The translations under genes and the position numbers were made by a program. 64,000 nucleotides of DNA. It comes from an uncultured Sphingomonadales bacterium (lineage in GTDB: Bacteria > Pseudomonadota > Alphaproteobacteria > Sphingomonadales > Sphingomonadaceae). The notes beneath the pieces were generated by a model that made no database searches, was not told the origin of the DNA, and worked only from the letters and a program-made list of their open reading frames with translations. Where the stretch lies: contig CAIXXP010000004.1 of assembly GCA_903923465.1 (NCBI GenBank), positions 140 through 64,139 of the forward strand. Reading direction: 5' to 3'. The first letter of the stretch is position 1, and the number at the start of each line of letters is the position of its first letter. Below, piece by piece: positions 10,308 through 19,347 of the stretch.

Positions 10308-11326
10308 TGCGCTTCCATCTCACCGAGGAACAGAGCGCCATTCAGGACGCGGTGCGCGGCACGCTGGCGGATGTCTGGCCTATGGAGCGCCTTCACAAAT
10401 TCGCCGACAGCCAGATAGATGACGGCACCGATTGCGACCCGGAAAGCTGGCAGGCGCTGATGGCGCTGGGCATTGGCGCCCTCGCCCTGCCCGAAGCGGA
10501 TGGTGGCGCCGGCCTCGGCCTGCTGGATGCCGCTCTGGTGTGCGAAGTGGTGGGCGAGGCTGCCGGCCCCGGCCCGGTAATCGGCCAGATTCTCGCCGCC
10601 ATCGCCGTTGCCCGCTCGGCCAGTGCCGGGGCCCGCGCGCTCCTGCCCGCCATCGCCAGCGGCGAGGCCGTGGTGGCGCTGGCCATGGGCAGCCCGCTGG
10701 TGGCCTGCGCCCGCGGCGCCACGCTATTCCTCACCGATGGGCCGGACGGCGCCATCCATCTGGTCGAGGCGGCAGCGGACGTGTCGATTGAACCACAAAC
10801 CGCGACCGACCGCAGCCGCCCGGTCTCGCGCGTCAACTTCGCCGCCGCACGAGCCCATGTGTTGTTCGCCGGCGATGACCCCATGGCCCAGCGCCTGCGC
10901 GACGCCGCACTGGTGCTGATCGCCGCCGACTCGCTGGGCGGCGCGCAAAAGGTCACCGACATGAGCGTCGCCTATGCCAAGGAGCGCGAGCACTTTGGCC
11001 AGCCGATCGGCCGGTTTCAGGGCCTGAAGCATCAATTGGCGCATATGGCGCTGGATGTCGAACCCGCCCGCGCGCTCGTCTGGTATGCCGCCTATGCGTG
11101 GGACGCGGAACTGCCCGACGCCACCCGCGCCGCCGCCATGGCCAAGGCGCATCTGTGCGATGTGTACACCTCCGCCACCCGTGCCGCCATCGCCGCGCAT
11201 GGCGGCATTGGCTACACCTGGGAATATGGCCTGAATTACTGGTTCCGGCGCAGCATCGCCAACCGGGCATGGCTTGGCTCGCCCAGCCAACACCGTGCCC
11301 GCGCCGCCGAACTGGCCGGGTGGTAA
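10307..11326 (+). CDS. Acyl-CoA dehydrogenase (shorter partner subunit)
   Basis: YAKEREHFGQPIGRFQGLKHQLA, HGGIGYTWE; TAATG coupling to upstream ACAD. Confidence 0.9.
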   Translation: MRFHLTEEQSAIQDAVRGTLADVWPMERLHKFADSQIDDGTDCDPESWQALMALGIGALALPEADGGAGLGLLDAALVCEVVGEAAGPGPVIGQILAAIAVARSASAGARALLPAIASGEAVVALAMGSPLVACARGATLFLTDGPDGAIHLVEAAADVSIEPQTATDRSRPVSRVNFAAARAHVLFAGDDPMAQRLRDAALVLIAADSLGGAQKVTDMSVAYAKEREHFGQPIGRFQGLKHQLAHMALDVEPARALVWYAAYAWDAELPDATRAAAMAKAHLCDVYTSATRAAIAAHGGIGYTWEYGLNYWFRRSIANRAWLGSPSQHRARAAELAGW

Positions 11327-11359
11327 TTATCCAGCCAGTTCGGCCGGGCTCGGCCCGTC

Positions 11360-12313
11360 GTGATGTTCAGTAAACTGGCCCTGCCGCTGATGTGCGCACC
11401 GATGAGCTTTGCCTCATCCGTGCCACTCGCGGTGGCCTGCGCCAAAGCGGGCGTCGTGGCCGGCTGGCAAGGCGGCACGGCGACCAAACTGCCCGCATTC
11501 ACCCGCTACCTCGACGCCTTGGCGGAAGCCGATGGCGCCGAGACCCCTGGCGCGCCGGCCATCGTCAACCTCCCTGCCCGCATCGCCACCGAACCCGATG
11601 GCCCGGAGAAACTCGCCCTGCTGGAACGGCACCGCGCCCCGCTCGTCCTCTCCAGCGTTGGCGACCCAGCCTCGCTGGTCGAGCGGGTGCATGGCTGGGG
11701 CGGCCGGGTGATTCAGGACGTGACCACCATGCGCCACGCCGAAAAATCCATCGCCGCCGGGGTGGATGGCCTGATGCTGACCTGCGCCGGCGCGGGCGGC
11801 CATACCGGCTTTCTCACGCCCTTCGCCTTCGTGCCGGCGGTGCGGCGCAACTGGCCGGGCCTGCTGATCGTGGGCGGCGGCATTGCCGATGCGCATGGCA
11901 TCGCCGCGGTTCTGGCGCTGGGTGGGGATTTGGCCTGCATGGGCACGCGCTTTATCGCCACGCCGGAAAGTGGTGTCGCGCCCGGCCACCGCGCGATGAT
12001 TGCCGCTGCCGGGCTGGATGGCATCATCACCTCGGCGGCGATGAACGGCGTGCCGGCCAACTGGATCCGCGATTCCGTGGCGCAGGCCGGGCTCGATCCC
12101 GCGGCGCTGCCCCCCACCCGCGCGCCGATGCCCCCCGGCATCAAACCTTGGCGCGATATCTACAGCGCCGGGCACAGCGTCGGCCTGATCGAACAAGCCG
12201 AACCGGTGGCGGCGCTGGTCACCCGCCTGGCGGACGAATTTGCCCGCCTCGTCCCGGGCGACGCATGGTCGCGCCGCCTCGCCGACATCGCGGCGGGCTG
12301 GTCGCCGGCCTGA
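11360..12313 (+). CDS. Nitronate monooxygenase family flavoprotein
   Basis: CAGAGGHTG, VGGGIAD, MGTRFIATPES, WRDIYSAG. Confidence 0.82.
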   Translation: MMFSKLALPLMCAPMSFASSVPLAVACAKAGVVAGWQGGTATKLPAFTRYLDALAEADGAETPGAPAIVNLPARIATEPDGPEKLALLERHRAPLVLSSVGDPASLVERVHGWGGRVIQDVTTMRHAEKSIAAGVDGLMLTCAGAGGHTGFLTPFAFVPAVRRNWPGLLIVGGGIADAHGIAAVLALGGDLACMGTRFIATPESGVAPGHRAMIAAAGLDGIITSAAMNGVPANWIRDSVAQAGLDPAALPPTRAPMPPGIKPWRDIYSAGHSVGLIEQAEPVAALVTRLADEFARLVPGDAWSRRLADIAAGWSPA

Positions 12314-12345
12314 GAGCCCACGACCAGCTACCAGCCCCGATACGC

Positions 12346-12768
12346 CTAGCGCGTCGGCATGCGCGGGTGGGTCGATGTGTCGGACTGCCAGTCGATCCGC
12401 ACGCGGCGCCAGCTGAAGCGCCAGCCATCGGCCGTGCGCACCAGCCGGTCGTCATAGGTGCCGGCGTGGTCGGGGCCGTTGTCGCTGAACACGTGGAAAT
12501 AGCTGCGCGCCGTCGCGGTGTCGCCATCGATGTCGATCATCGGATTGGTGATGTGGTGGCGCACGAACTTGCGCGGATAGCCATCGGCGACACCGCTCAG
12601 CGCGGCAACAATACCCGCGGGGCCCGTGCCCGAGCCACCGGGAAATTCCAGCACGCCATCGGCGGCAAAGGCGGCGGCCAGCCCGTCAAGGCGTGCCCGG
12701 TCGCCATTGTAGGTGTAGCGGGTGAGAAGGTCGCGGATCGCCTCGCGATCGGTTGTAAGGTCATGCAT
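12346..12768 (-). CDS. SnoaL/NTF2-like protein
   Basis: DREAIRDLLTRY, HHITNPMIDIDGDTATARSY, YDDRLVRTADGWRF. Confidence 0.82.
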   Translation of the reverse strand: MHDLTTDREAIRDLLTRYTYNGDRARLDGLAAAFAADGVLEFPGGSGTGPAGIVAALSGVADGYPRKFVRHHITNPMIDIDGDTATARSYFHVFSDNGPDHAGTYDDRLVRTADGWRFSWRRVRIDWQSDTSTHPRMPTR

Positions 12769-13612
12769 TGAAAGCCAACTCCAATCCTGGTTCATCCCAG
12801 CGTGTTTTTACCAGATGCCCCACCCTGGAAAGGGTGATGAAGGCATCGCGCATGTCGGCACCGCCAAAGGCGATGTTGGTGACAAAGTTGTCCTGGGGAA
12901 TGGGCCGGCGCGTGACGGCACCCTCGGGCGTGACGGTGGAGATCGCCCCTTCAAACAGGGTGGCAACGCAGATGTTGCCCGCCGCCGTCATCGCCAGCGA
13001 ATCCAGCCCCACCGGGCCGGGCACCGTGGCGAGGAATTCCGGGGTCTGGGCCTCTGCCCGCGCGGCATAGCGATAGACCCGCGCCTGATGGGTGTCCGCC
13101 ACGTAAAGGTGCTGCCCACAGGGCGACAGGCCCACGCCGTTATAGCTGATCGCATCGCGGTTCAGCGCGGTTATCGCGGAACCATCCGGCAGGCAGGTGA
13201 ACAGGCCGCTGGCGGTGCGGATGCCGCCCCCGTGCTTGCCCATGTCGCTGAACCACAAGCGGCCGTCACGCCCGAACACCAGATCGTTGGGGCCCTGCAG
13301 CGCGATGCCGTCGCAGGAGTCATACACCCTTTCACTGCGTCCCGTCGCCAGATCGACGCGCTCGATGCGGCCCTGCGCCGCGGGGCTGGGCCCGCCGCCA
13401 AAGTTGATGCCGCCGTTGTTGCACACCCACAGCGCGCCGTCCGGCCCGATGGCCGCGCCATTGGGGCCGCCGCCGATGTCGCACACCGTCTCGGTCTTGC
13501 CGCTCCAGCAGCGCGTGATGCGCCCGGCCCCGACTTCCACCACGATAACCGAGCCGTCGGCCATGACCACCGGCCCTTCCGGAAAGGCCAGCCCTTCGGC
13601 GATGATCTCCAT
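12761..13612 (-). CDS. SMP-30/gluconolactonase family
   Basis: GLAFPEGP, GGPNGAAIGPDG, PNDLVF, VTNIAFGG. Confidence 0.88.
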   Translation of the reverse strand: MEIIAEGLAFPEGPVVMADGSVIVVEVGAGRITRCWSGKTETVCDIGGGPNGAAIGPDGALWVCNNGGINFGGGPSPAAQGRIERVDLATGRSERVYDSCDGIALQGPNDLVFGRDGRLWFSDMGKHGGGIRTASGLFTCLPDGSAITALNRDAISYNGVGLSPCGQHLYVADTHQARVYRYAARAEAQTPEFLATVPGPVGLDSLAMTAAGNICVATLFEGAISTVTPEGAVTRRPIPQDNFVTNIAFGGADMRDAFITLSRVGHLVKTRWDEPGLELAFNA

Positions 13613-13894
13613 ACCCTCTCCACCACTGCCGGCATTTCGCCCTGTTTGCACGCACAGTGGCACCCTGCCGGGGATTGGGCAAGGCTTCAGCTTGGCAACA
13701 CTCCGCAAGGGGCCAGCCCGGTGATCGGGGCCTTTCTTGCCTAGCCCCGGCTAATTATGTATCGGGCGACACAGCAGCGGGGTTCGGCCGCGATTTTCGC
13801 GTCATGCGCCCGCATGTGCCCGCAGCCCCGGCCCCGGCCGGCACGCGCGCCGCCGGTTTGGCGGATGTTGCAAAAACTTGCCACCGCGCCCTTT

Positions 13895-13917
13895 AGTTGT
13901 AAAACCAAGTTTTATAC
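13895..13917. promoter_or_regulatory. Putative operator (copy 3) upstream of GntR
   Basis: agttgtaaaaccaagttttatac matches reverse complement of 3455-3477 at 19/23. Confidence 0.6.
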
Positions 13918-13982
13918 GTTGCCGCCGTGGGCGGCGCCTGCGCGCGCCAAATCAAAGGAGTGTGGGCCAAAGGAGTGTGGCA

Positions 13983-14765
13983 ATGCGAGTAGCGGACATG
14001 GACGGGATACATTCTCGCATTCGCGTGCCCAAGACCAGCGAGATCGTCGCCGACCAGATCCGCGCGGATATCGTGCGCGGAGACCTGAACGAGGGTAATT
14101 TCCTGCCGCCCGAGGGCCAGCTGATGGAGAACCTCGGCATTTCGCGCCCCACCCTGCGCGAGGCTTTCCGCATTCTCGAGGCCGAGGGGCTGATCAGCGT
14201 GGTGCGTGGGTCGCGCACCGGCGCCAAGGTGCACAAGCCCTCGGTGGAACTCGTGTCGCGCTACGCCGGCTATGTGCTGCAATCGCAGGGCACCACCATC
14301 GCCGACCTCTATCAGGCCCGCCTTGCCATCGAACCCTCGGTGGTGCGCTGGCTGGCCACCGACAATGGCGCCGGGGCCACCGGGCCGCTGCACGAGATCG
14401 CCCGCCAGCTGGCCGAAATGCTCGATGCCGAGCGCTATGACGACTTCGTCGACAGCGTCGAGGTGTTTCACCAGGCGCTGGTGCGGGCCGGTGGCTGCCA
14501 GACGCTGGCCTTCATGAACCGCATGCTGCTCAACCTGGCCGGCCAGCATCAGCTGGATCTGCACCGCCGCCTGCCGGGGGCTCTGGAGGGCCGCGTCAAG
14601 GGCCTGCGCGCCGGTCTGAGATCCTACCAGAAGCTCATCGCCCTGATCGAGGCGGGCAGCGTGGAAGAGGCCGTGGCCCATTGGCGGCTGCACCTGCGCA
14701 ACGCCATCGCCACCTGGACGGGCGACGGCGAGGGCGCCCGCGTGGTCAATTCGCTCGGCAAGTAG
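13983..14765 (+). CDS. GntR/FadR-family transcriptional regulator
   Basis: LPPEGQLMENLGISRPTLREAFRILEAEGLI wHTH plus FCD-like C-terminus. Confidence 0.9.
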   Translation: MRVADMDGIHSRIRVPKTSEIVADQIRADIVRGDLNEGNFLPPEGQLMENLGISRPTLREAFRILEAEGLISVVRGSRTGAKVHKPSVELVSRYAGYVLQSQGTTIADLYQARLAIEPSVVRWLATDNGAGATGPLHEIARQLAEMLDAERYDDFVDSVEVFHQALVRAGGCQTLAFMNRMLLNLAGQHQLDLHRRLPGALEGRVKGLRAGLRSYQKLIALIEAGSVEEAVAHWRLHLRNAIATWTGDGEGARVVNSLGK

Positions 14766-14847
14766 CGCGGCCACATAATCGGCGGGTTTTTGGCATCACG
14801 CCGCGCCGCCCCTTGCGGGGGCCGGCAGGTGCTGCCACATTGCCGGG

Positions 14848-17481
14848 GTGATGGCCGGAAAGACACCCGCCCCCTCTGCCAGAACGCCTCCCCCCGCGCA
14901 GGCCCGTCCGCATGCCCGGGAGCAGCGGCGTAATGGCGTGGAAAGCCGGGTGCGCGCGGTGCTCGGCCCCACCAACACCGGCAAGACCCATCTGGCCATA
15001 GAGCGGCTCTGCGCCCACTCCTCCGGCATGATCGGCTTTCCGCTGCGGCTGCTGGCACGCGAGGTTTACGACAAGGTCTGCGCCATCAAGGGCGCCGACA
15101 ATGTCGCGCTGATCACCGGGGAGGAGCGCATCGAACCCAAAAACGCCCGCTGGCGCCTGTGCACGGTGGAGGCGATGCCGGTGCGCGGAAGCGAAGCTGG
15201 GAGCGCCAGCAAGGGGGCAGAGGACGTCGCCTTCGTCGCGCTCGATGAAGCCCAGCTTTGCGCGGATCGCGAGCGCGGGCATATCTTCACCGACCGGCTG
15301 CTGCACGCGCGCGGGCGTGAGGAGACCATGCTGCTCGGCTCGGCCACCATGGCGCCGATGGTGCGCGCGCTGCTGCCCCAGGCCGAGATCATCAGCCGCC
15401 CGCGCTTTTCGACCCTCACGCATGTCGCCCCGCGCAAGCTCTCGCGCATTGCCCCGCGCAGTGTCATCGTCGCCTTCAGCGTCGAGCAGGTCTATGCCGT
15501 GGCGGAGATGCTGCGGCGCTTTCGCGGCGGCGCGGCGGTAGTGATGGGGGCGCTGTCGCCCGAAACCCGCAACCGGCAGGTGGCGCTCTATCAATCCGGC
15601 GAGGTGGATTACCTCGTCGCCACCGATGCCGTGGGCATGGGGCTGAACCTCGATGTCGGCCACGTCGCCTTCGCCGGTCTCAGCAAGTTCGATGGCGTGC
15701 GCCAGCGCCGCCTGACGCCGGCCGAAATGGCCCAGATCGCCGGCCGCGCCGGGCGCCATCAGCGCGACGGCACCTTCGGTACCCTGTCCGGCACGGGCGG
15801 CCACGATTCCGCCTTCACCGACGAGGAGGTCTACGCCATCGAGGAGCACCGCTTCGCCCCGGTGCCCAAGCTGTTCTGGCGCGAGGCAGAACCACGCTTC
15901 GACAGCCTCGACACGCTGATCGGCGACCTCGAGGCCCCGCCCGAGCGCCCAGAGCTGATGGCCGCGCCGCAAGCCATCGATCTCGCCGTATTGCGCCGCC
16001 TCGCCGAGGACCCCGCCATCGCCGCCAGCCTGATCACGCCCGGGCAGATCCGCCGCTTCTGGCACGTCTGCTCCCTGCCCGATTTCCGCCAGCAAGGCGC
16101 CGAAACCCACTCGCGCTTCGTCGCGCAACTGTGGGACGAACTGCGTGGCGGCACCCTCGGGCCAGACCACGCCCCGCGCGCCATCGCCCAGCTCGACAAT
16201 GTCGCCGGCGACATCGACACGCTGCAGGCCCGCATCGCCGCCGTGCGCAGCTGGTCCTACATCACCCAGCGGCCAGACTGGGTGCCCGCCCGCGCCGAAA
16301 TGGCCGAACGCGCCCGCGCGGTGGAGGCCCGCCTGTCCGATGCCCTCCACGCCCGCCTTACCGAGCGCTTCGTCAACCGCCGCACCACGGTGCTGATGAA
16401 GCGCATGGGGCCCGACGCCGCGCTGCTGCCGGTGGTGATGGAAGGAGACAGGGTGCTGGTGGATGGCGAGGCCATCGGCACCCTCGCCGGCTTCCGCTTC
16501 CGGGTGGATCCCGAAGCCCGCCATGGCGACCACAAGCTGCTCCTCGCCGCCGCCGAGCGCCACCTGCCCGACCTGCTGGCCAGCCGCGCCGCCGAACTCA
16601 CCGCCGCGCTGAACGCCCGGGGCAGCGCCGCCCGCGAGGCAGGGCTGGAGCTGCGCGAGGGCACGATTCACTGGCAGGGCGAGGCGCTGGCCACCCTGTC
16701 GCGCGGGGGCGCCCTGCTCTCGCCCCGCCTGGTGCCCGCACGCCTGCTCGCCTCCGTGCCGGCGGCCCCGCGCGACACGCTGCTCGCGGCGCTGGCCGGC
16801 TGGCTGGAGCACCGGCTGCGGGTGCTCGCGCCCCTTGCCCGAATCGCCGCCGCCAGCACCCGCGCCGAGGCGGGGCCGGACCTGCGCGCCCTGCTGATTC
16901 GCCTGGCGGAAGCCGGCGGCATGCTGGCCCGCGCCGATTCGCGGCTGGATCGGCTCGACAAGCGCCAGCGCGACCTGTTGCGGCGCCTGGGGGTGAAGGT
17001 GGGCGCGCTGGATCTGTTTCACCCGGCCCTGCTGCGCCGCGCTCCCCTGCGGCTGTGGCGGGAATTGACCGGCAGCACCCCGGGCACCGCGCCCGTGGCG
17101 GAGGCCATGCCCCCGGTGCTCAGCCGCCAGGACGCGCCCCTGCCAATGGGCTATCGGCAGGCGGGCAACCAGTGGGTGCGGCTGGACGTCGCCGAGGCGC
17201 TGCTGGCCGAGGCGCATGGTCGCCGCGCCGCCGGGCGCGCGCGGGGCTTCGCGCTGGATCCCGCCGGCGCCGTGGCGGCAGGGCTATCCACCGCCAGCTT
17301 TGCCCGCCTGCTGGCCCAGGCCGGTTTTCGGCCGATCAGCCCCAAACCCCTGCCGCAGGCCCACTTTGGCCCGCCCGCCCCGCTGGTGTGGCGCTGGCAA
17401 CCGCCGCATCGCGAGCCGGAGCCTGCCCCACCGCCGCCGCCCGATGGCGCCTTTGCCGCGCTGGCAAGATTGGTGGCCTGA
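14848..17481 (+). CDS. Suv3-like (MgpS) SF2 helicase
   Basis: GPTNTGKT, DEAQ, VATDAVGMGLN, QIAGRAGR; true start may be ~90 nt later. Confidence 0.88.
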   Translation: MMAGKTPAPSARTPPPAQARPHAREQRRNGVESRVRAVLGPTNTGKTHLAIERLCAHSSGMIGFPLRLLAREVYDKVCAIKGADNVALITGEERIEPKNARWRLCTVEAMPVRGSEAGSASKGAEDVAFVALDEAQLCADRERGHIFTDRLLHARGREETMLLGSATMAPMVRALLPQAEIISRPRFSTLTHVAPRKLSRIAPRSVIVAFSVEQVYAVAEMLRRFRGGAAVVMGALSPETRNRQVALYQSGEVDYLVATDAVGMGLNLDVGHVAFAGLSKFDGVRQRRLTPAEMAQIAGRAGRHQRDGTFGTLSGTGGHDSAFTDEEVYAIEEHRFAPVPKLFWREAEPRFDSLDTLIGDLEAPPERPELMAAPQAIDLAVLRRLAEDPAIAASLITPGQIRRFWHVCSLPDFRQQGAETHSRFVAQLWDELRGGTLGPDHAPRAIAQLDNVAGDIDTLQARIAAVRSWSYITQRPDWVPARAEMAERARAVEARLSDALHARLTERFVNRRTTVLMKRMGPDAALLPVVMEGDRVLVDGEAIGTLAGFRFRVDPEARHGDHKLLLAAAERHLPDLLASRAAELTAALNARGSAAREAGLELREGTIHWQGEALATLSRGGALLSPRLVPARLLASVPAAPRDTLLAALAGWLEHRLRVLAPLARIAAASTRAEAGPDLRALLIRLAEAGGMLARADSRLDRLDKRQRDLLRRLGVKVGALDLFHPALLRRAPLRLWRELTGSTPGTAPVAEAMPPVLSRQDAPLPMGYRQAGNQWVRLDVAEALLAEAHGRRAAGRARGFALDPAGAVAAGLSTASFARLLAQAGFRPISPKPLPQAHFGPPAPLVWRWQPPHREPEPAPPPPPDGAFAALARLVA

Positions 17482-17483
17482 GC

Positions 17484-17825
17484 ATGCCGGCGCCCACCAT
17501 GCGGATCGACAAGCTGCTATGGTTCCTGCGCTGGGCCAAAACGCGTGGGCTCGCGCAGGATCTGGTCGAGCAGGGTCATATCCGCCGCAACGGCCAGCGG
17601 GTGGAACGATGCTCCGCCAGCGTGGGCGTGGGCGACATTCTGGTGCTGCCGCAAGGCGCATCTGCCACCGCCAGCGTGCTGGTAATCGAAATTTTGGCCC
17701 TGCCATCGCGCCGTGGCCCGCCGGCGGAAGCGCAATCCCACTATCGGGCGCTTGACGAAAGGCGGGTTCTTCCCATAGCAGGCTGCCCAAGCACAGTTAC
17801 CAACCAGGGGGAAGCACACCCATGA
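17484..17825 (+). CDS. S4-domain RNA-binding protein (Hsp15-like)
   Basis: [28 protein letters not shown]. Confidence 0.85.
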   Translation: MPAPTMRIDKLLWFLRWAKTRGLAQDLVEQGHIRRNGQRVERCSASVGVGDILVLPQGASATASVLVIEILALPSRRGPPAEAQSHYRALDERRVLPIAGCPSTVTNQGEAHP

Positions 17826-18160
17826 CCTATGTCGTCACCGACGCCTGTATCCGCTGCAAATATATGGACTGCGTCGAGGTTTGTCCGGTGGACTGCTTCT
17901 ACGAAGGCGAAAACATGCTTGTGATCAATCCGAGCGAATGCATTGATTGCGGCGTTTGCGAGCCGGAATGCCCCGCCGAGGCCATTCTGCCCGACACCGA
18001 GGGTGGGCTGGAGCAGTGGCTGGAACTCAACGCCAAGTTCTCCGCCGAGTGGCCCAACCTGACCACGAAGAAGGATTCGCCCGAGGATGCGGACGAATTC
18101 AAGGGCGTGGACGGTAAATTCGACAAGTTCTTCTCGGACAAGCCGGGCGAGGGCGACTAA
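17822..18160 (+). CDS. fdxA: 7Fe/8Fe ferredoxin FdxA
   Basis: [29 protein letters not shown]. Confidence 0.95.
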   Translation: MTYVVTDACIRCKYMDCVEVCPVDCFYEGENMLVINPSECIDCGVCEPECPAEAILPDTEGGLEQWLELNAKFSAEWPNLTTKKDSPEDADEFKGVDGKFDKFFSDKPGEGD

Positions 18161-18330
18161 GCCCAGCCGCGGGCGGCGGCGCGGGGCTTGCCAGAGCATG
18201 GCTCTGGCCGGTTCGGCGCGCTGAATGGACAGGACGCTCGGGGGCCATCGGCAACCGATTGCAGCCGGTATCGGCTTCCAGGGCGGGAATCGCGAGGCGA
18301 TTCTCGCCTCTGGTAATTTTGTTACAGAGG

Positions 18331-18339
18331 TGTTATAAT
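18331..18339 (+). promoter_or_regulatory. Extended -10 element of carD promoter
   Basis: TGTTATAAT (TGn + TATAAT) in an AT-rich patch ~190 nt upstream of carD. Confidence 0.55.
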
Positions 18340-18526
18340 CTCACAATCCCGAGGGGGCTCAGGCTTGTCGGTTCTCCCGGGCTTGCAACACCATGAAGGG
18401 CAGGATTGCGGTAAACGGTTGATGGCACATCACACCGGGTCGGGCGAGTCGTCTATCGTGACCTCTCGCCGGTCACAGCTGTCGCGCTAATCAGCGCCGA
18501 TTCCTGCCTGCGTGAAAGGACGATAA

Positions 18527-19060
18527 ATGAACGCCAAGGCTCACGCCTTCGATGTTGGTGATTACGTCGTTTACCCCAAGCACGGGGTTGGCCGGGTGAT
18601 AGAACTGCAGGAGCAGGAAATCGCCGGTATGCAGCTGGAACTTTATGTACTGCGCTTCGAAAAAGAACGGATGACGCTGCGCGTTCCCGTCAACAAGGTC
18701 GAAGCCATCGGCATGCGCAAACTTTCGTCTGACAAGACGCTGCGCGAAGCCCTCGATACGCTGAAGGGCAAGCCCCGCGTAAAGCGCACCATGTGGTCGC
18801 GCCGCGCCCAGGAATATGAAGCGAAGATCAATTCGGGCGACCTCGTTTCCATCGCCGAAGTGACCCGCGACCTGTTCCGCGCCGACGATCAGCCCGAGCA
18901 GTCCTATTCCGAACGCCAGATCTTCGAGGCCGCCTCATCGCGCCTCGCCCGCGAACTGGCCGCCATGGAAAAGACCGACGAGCCTTCCGCGCTGAAGAAG
19001 ATCCTCGCGATCCTCAACGAGCACGCGCCGAAGTATTACGAAGCTGCCGCCTCGGCCTGA
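18527..19060 (+). CDS. carD: CarD/CdnL transcription factor
   Basis: FDVGDYVVYPKHGVG, MWSRRAQEYEAKINSGD. Confidence 0.95.
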   Translation: MNAKAHAFDVGDYVVYPKHGVGRVIELQEQEIAGMQLELYVLRFEKERMTLRVPVNKVEAIGMRKLSSDKTLREALDTLKGKPRVKRTMWSRRAQEYEAKINSGDLVSIAEVTRDLFRADDQPEQSYSERQIFEAASSRLARELAAMEKTDEPSALKKILAILNEHAPKYYEAAASA

Positions 19061-19087
19061 TCGGGCTGCAAGGCGTTAACAAGATTG

Positions 19088-19122
19088 GGGGGTGGGCCGG
19101 AAGGTCTGCCCCCTTTTTCTTT
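19088..19122 (+). terminator. Rho-independent terminator of carD
   Basis: GGGGGTGGGCC-ggaa-GGTCTGCCCCC followed by TTTTTCTTT. Confidence 0.8.
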
Positions 19123-19143
19123 GCTAGGTTTACGACAGGTAGT

Positions 19144-19330
19144 TGCAGGGGGGTTATCCCCCTGCACCCCATACCGTCTCCCGACGAGAGGCAGCGCCAA
19201 GGGCATCCTCCCGCACGACCTCACCGCGCCGCAGGCTATCAAAACCGCTTCGCGGCAAGGCGCCCCGCCGAGAGCCAAGCGCCCAGCAATACAGTATCGG
19301 GGGTTTGGGGGTGTAACACCCCCAAGACTA
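19144..19330 (-). repeat. Dual-hairpin element, copy 2 (B...A)
   Basis: TGCAGGGGG..CCCCCTGCA cccc ... ccgcttcgcggc ... ggggtTTGGGGG-tgtaaca-CCCCCAA gacta. Confidence 0.92.
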
Positions 19331-19347
19331 TCCCTCATCAATTGCCC

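Noticed and set aside
14746-17217. Long antisense or alternative-frame ORFs (823 aa here; also 7974-10094, 26635-28476, 54047-55834, 59528-61474)
   Set aside because: Shadows of well-supported genes in high-GC DNA; no recognisable motifs.
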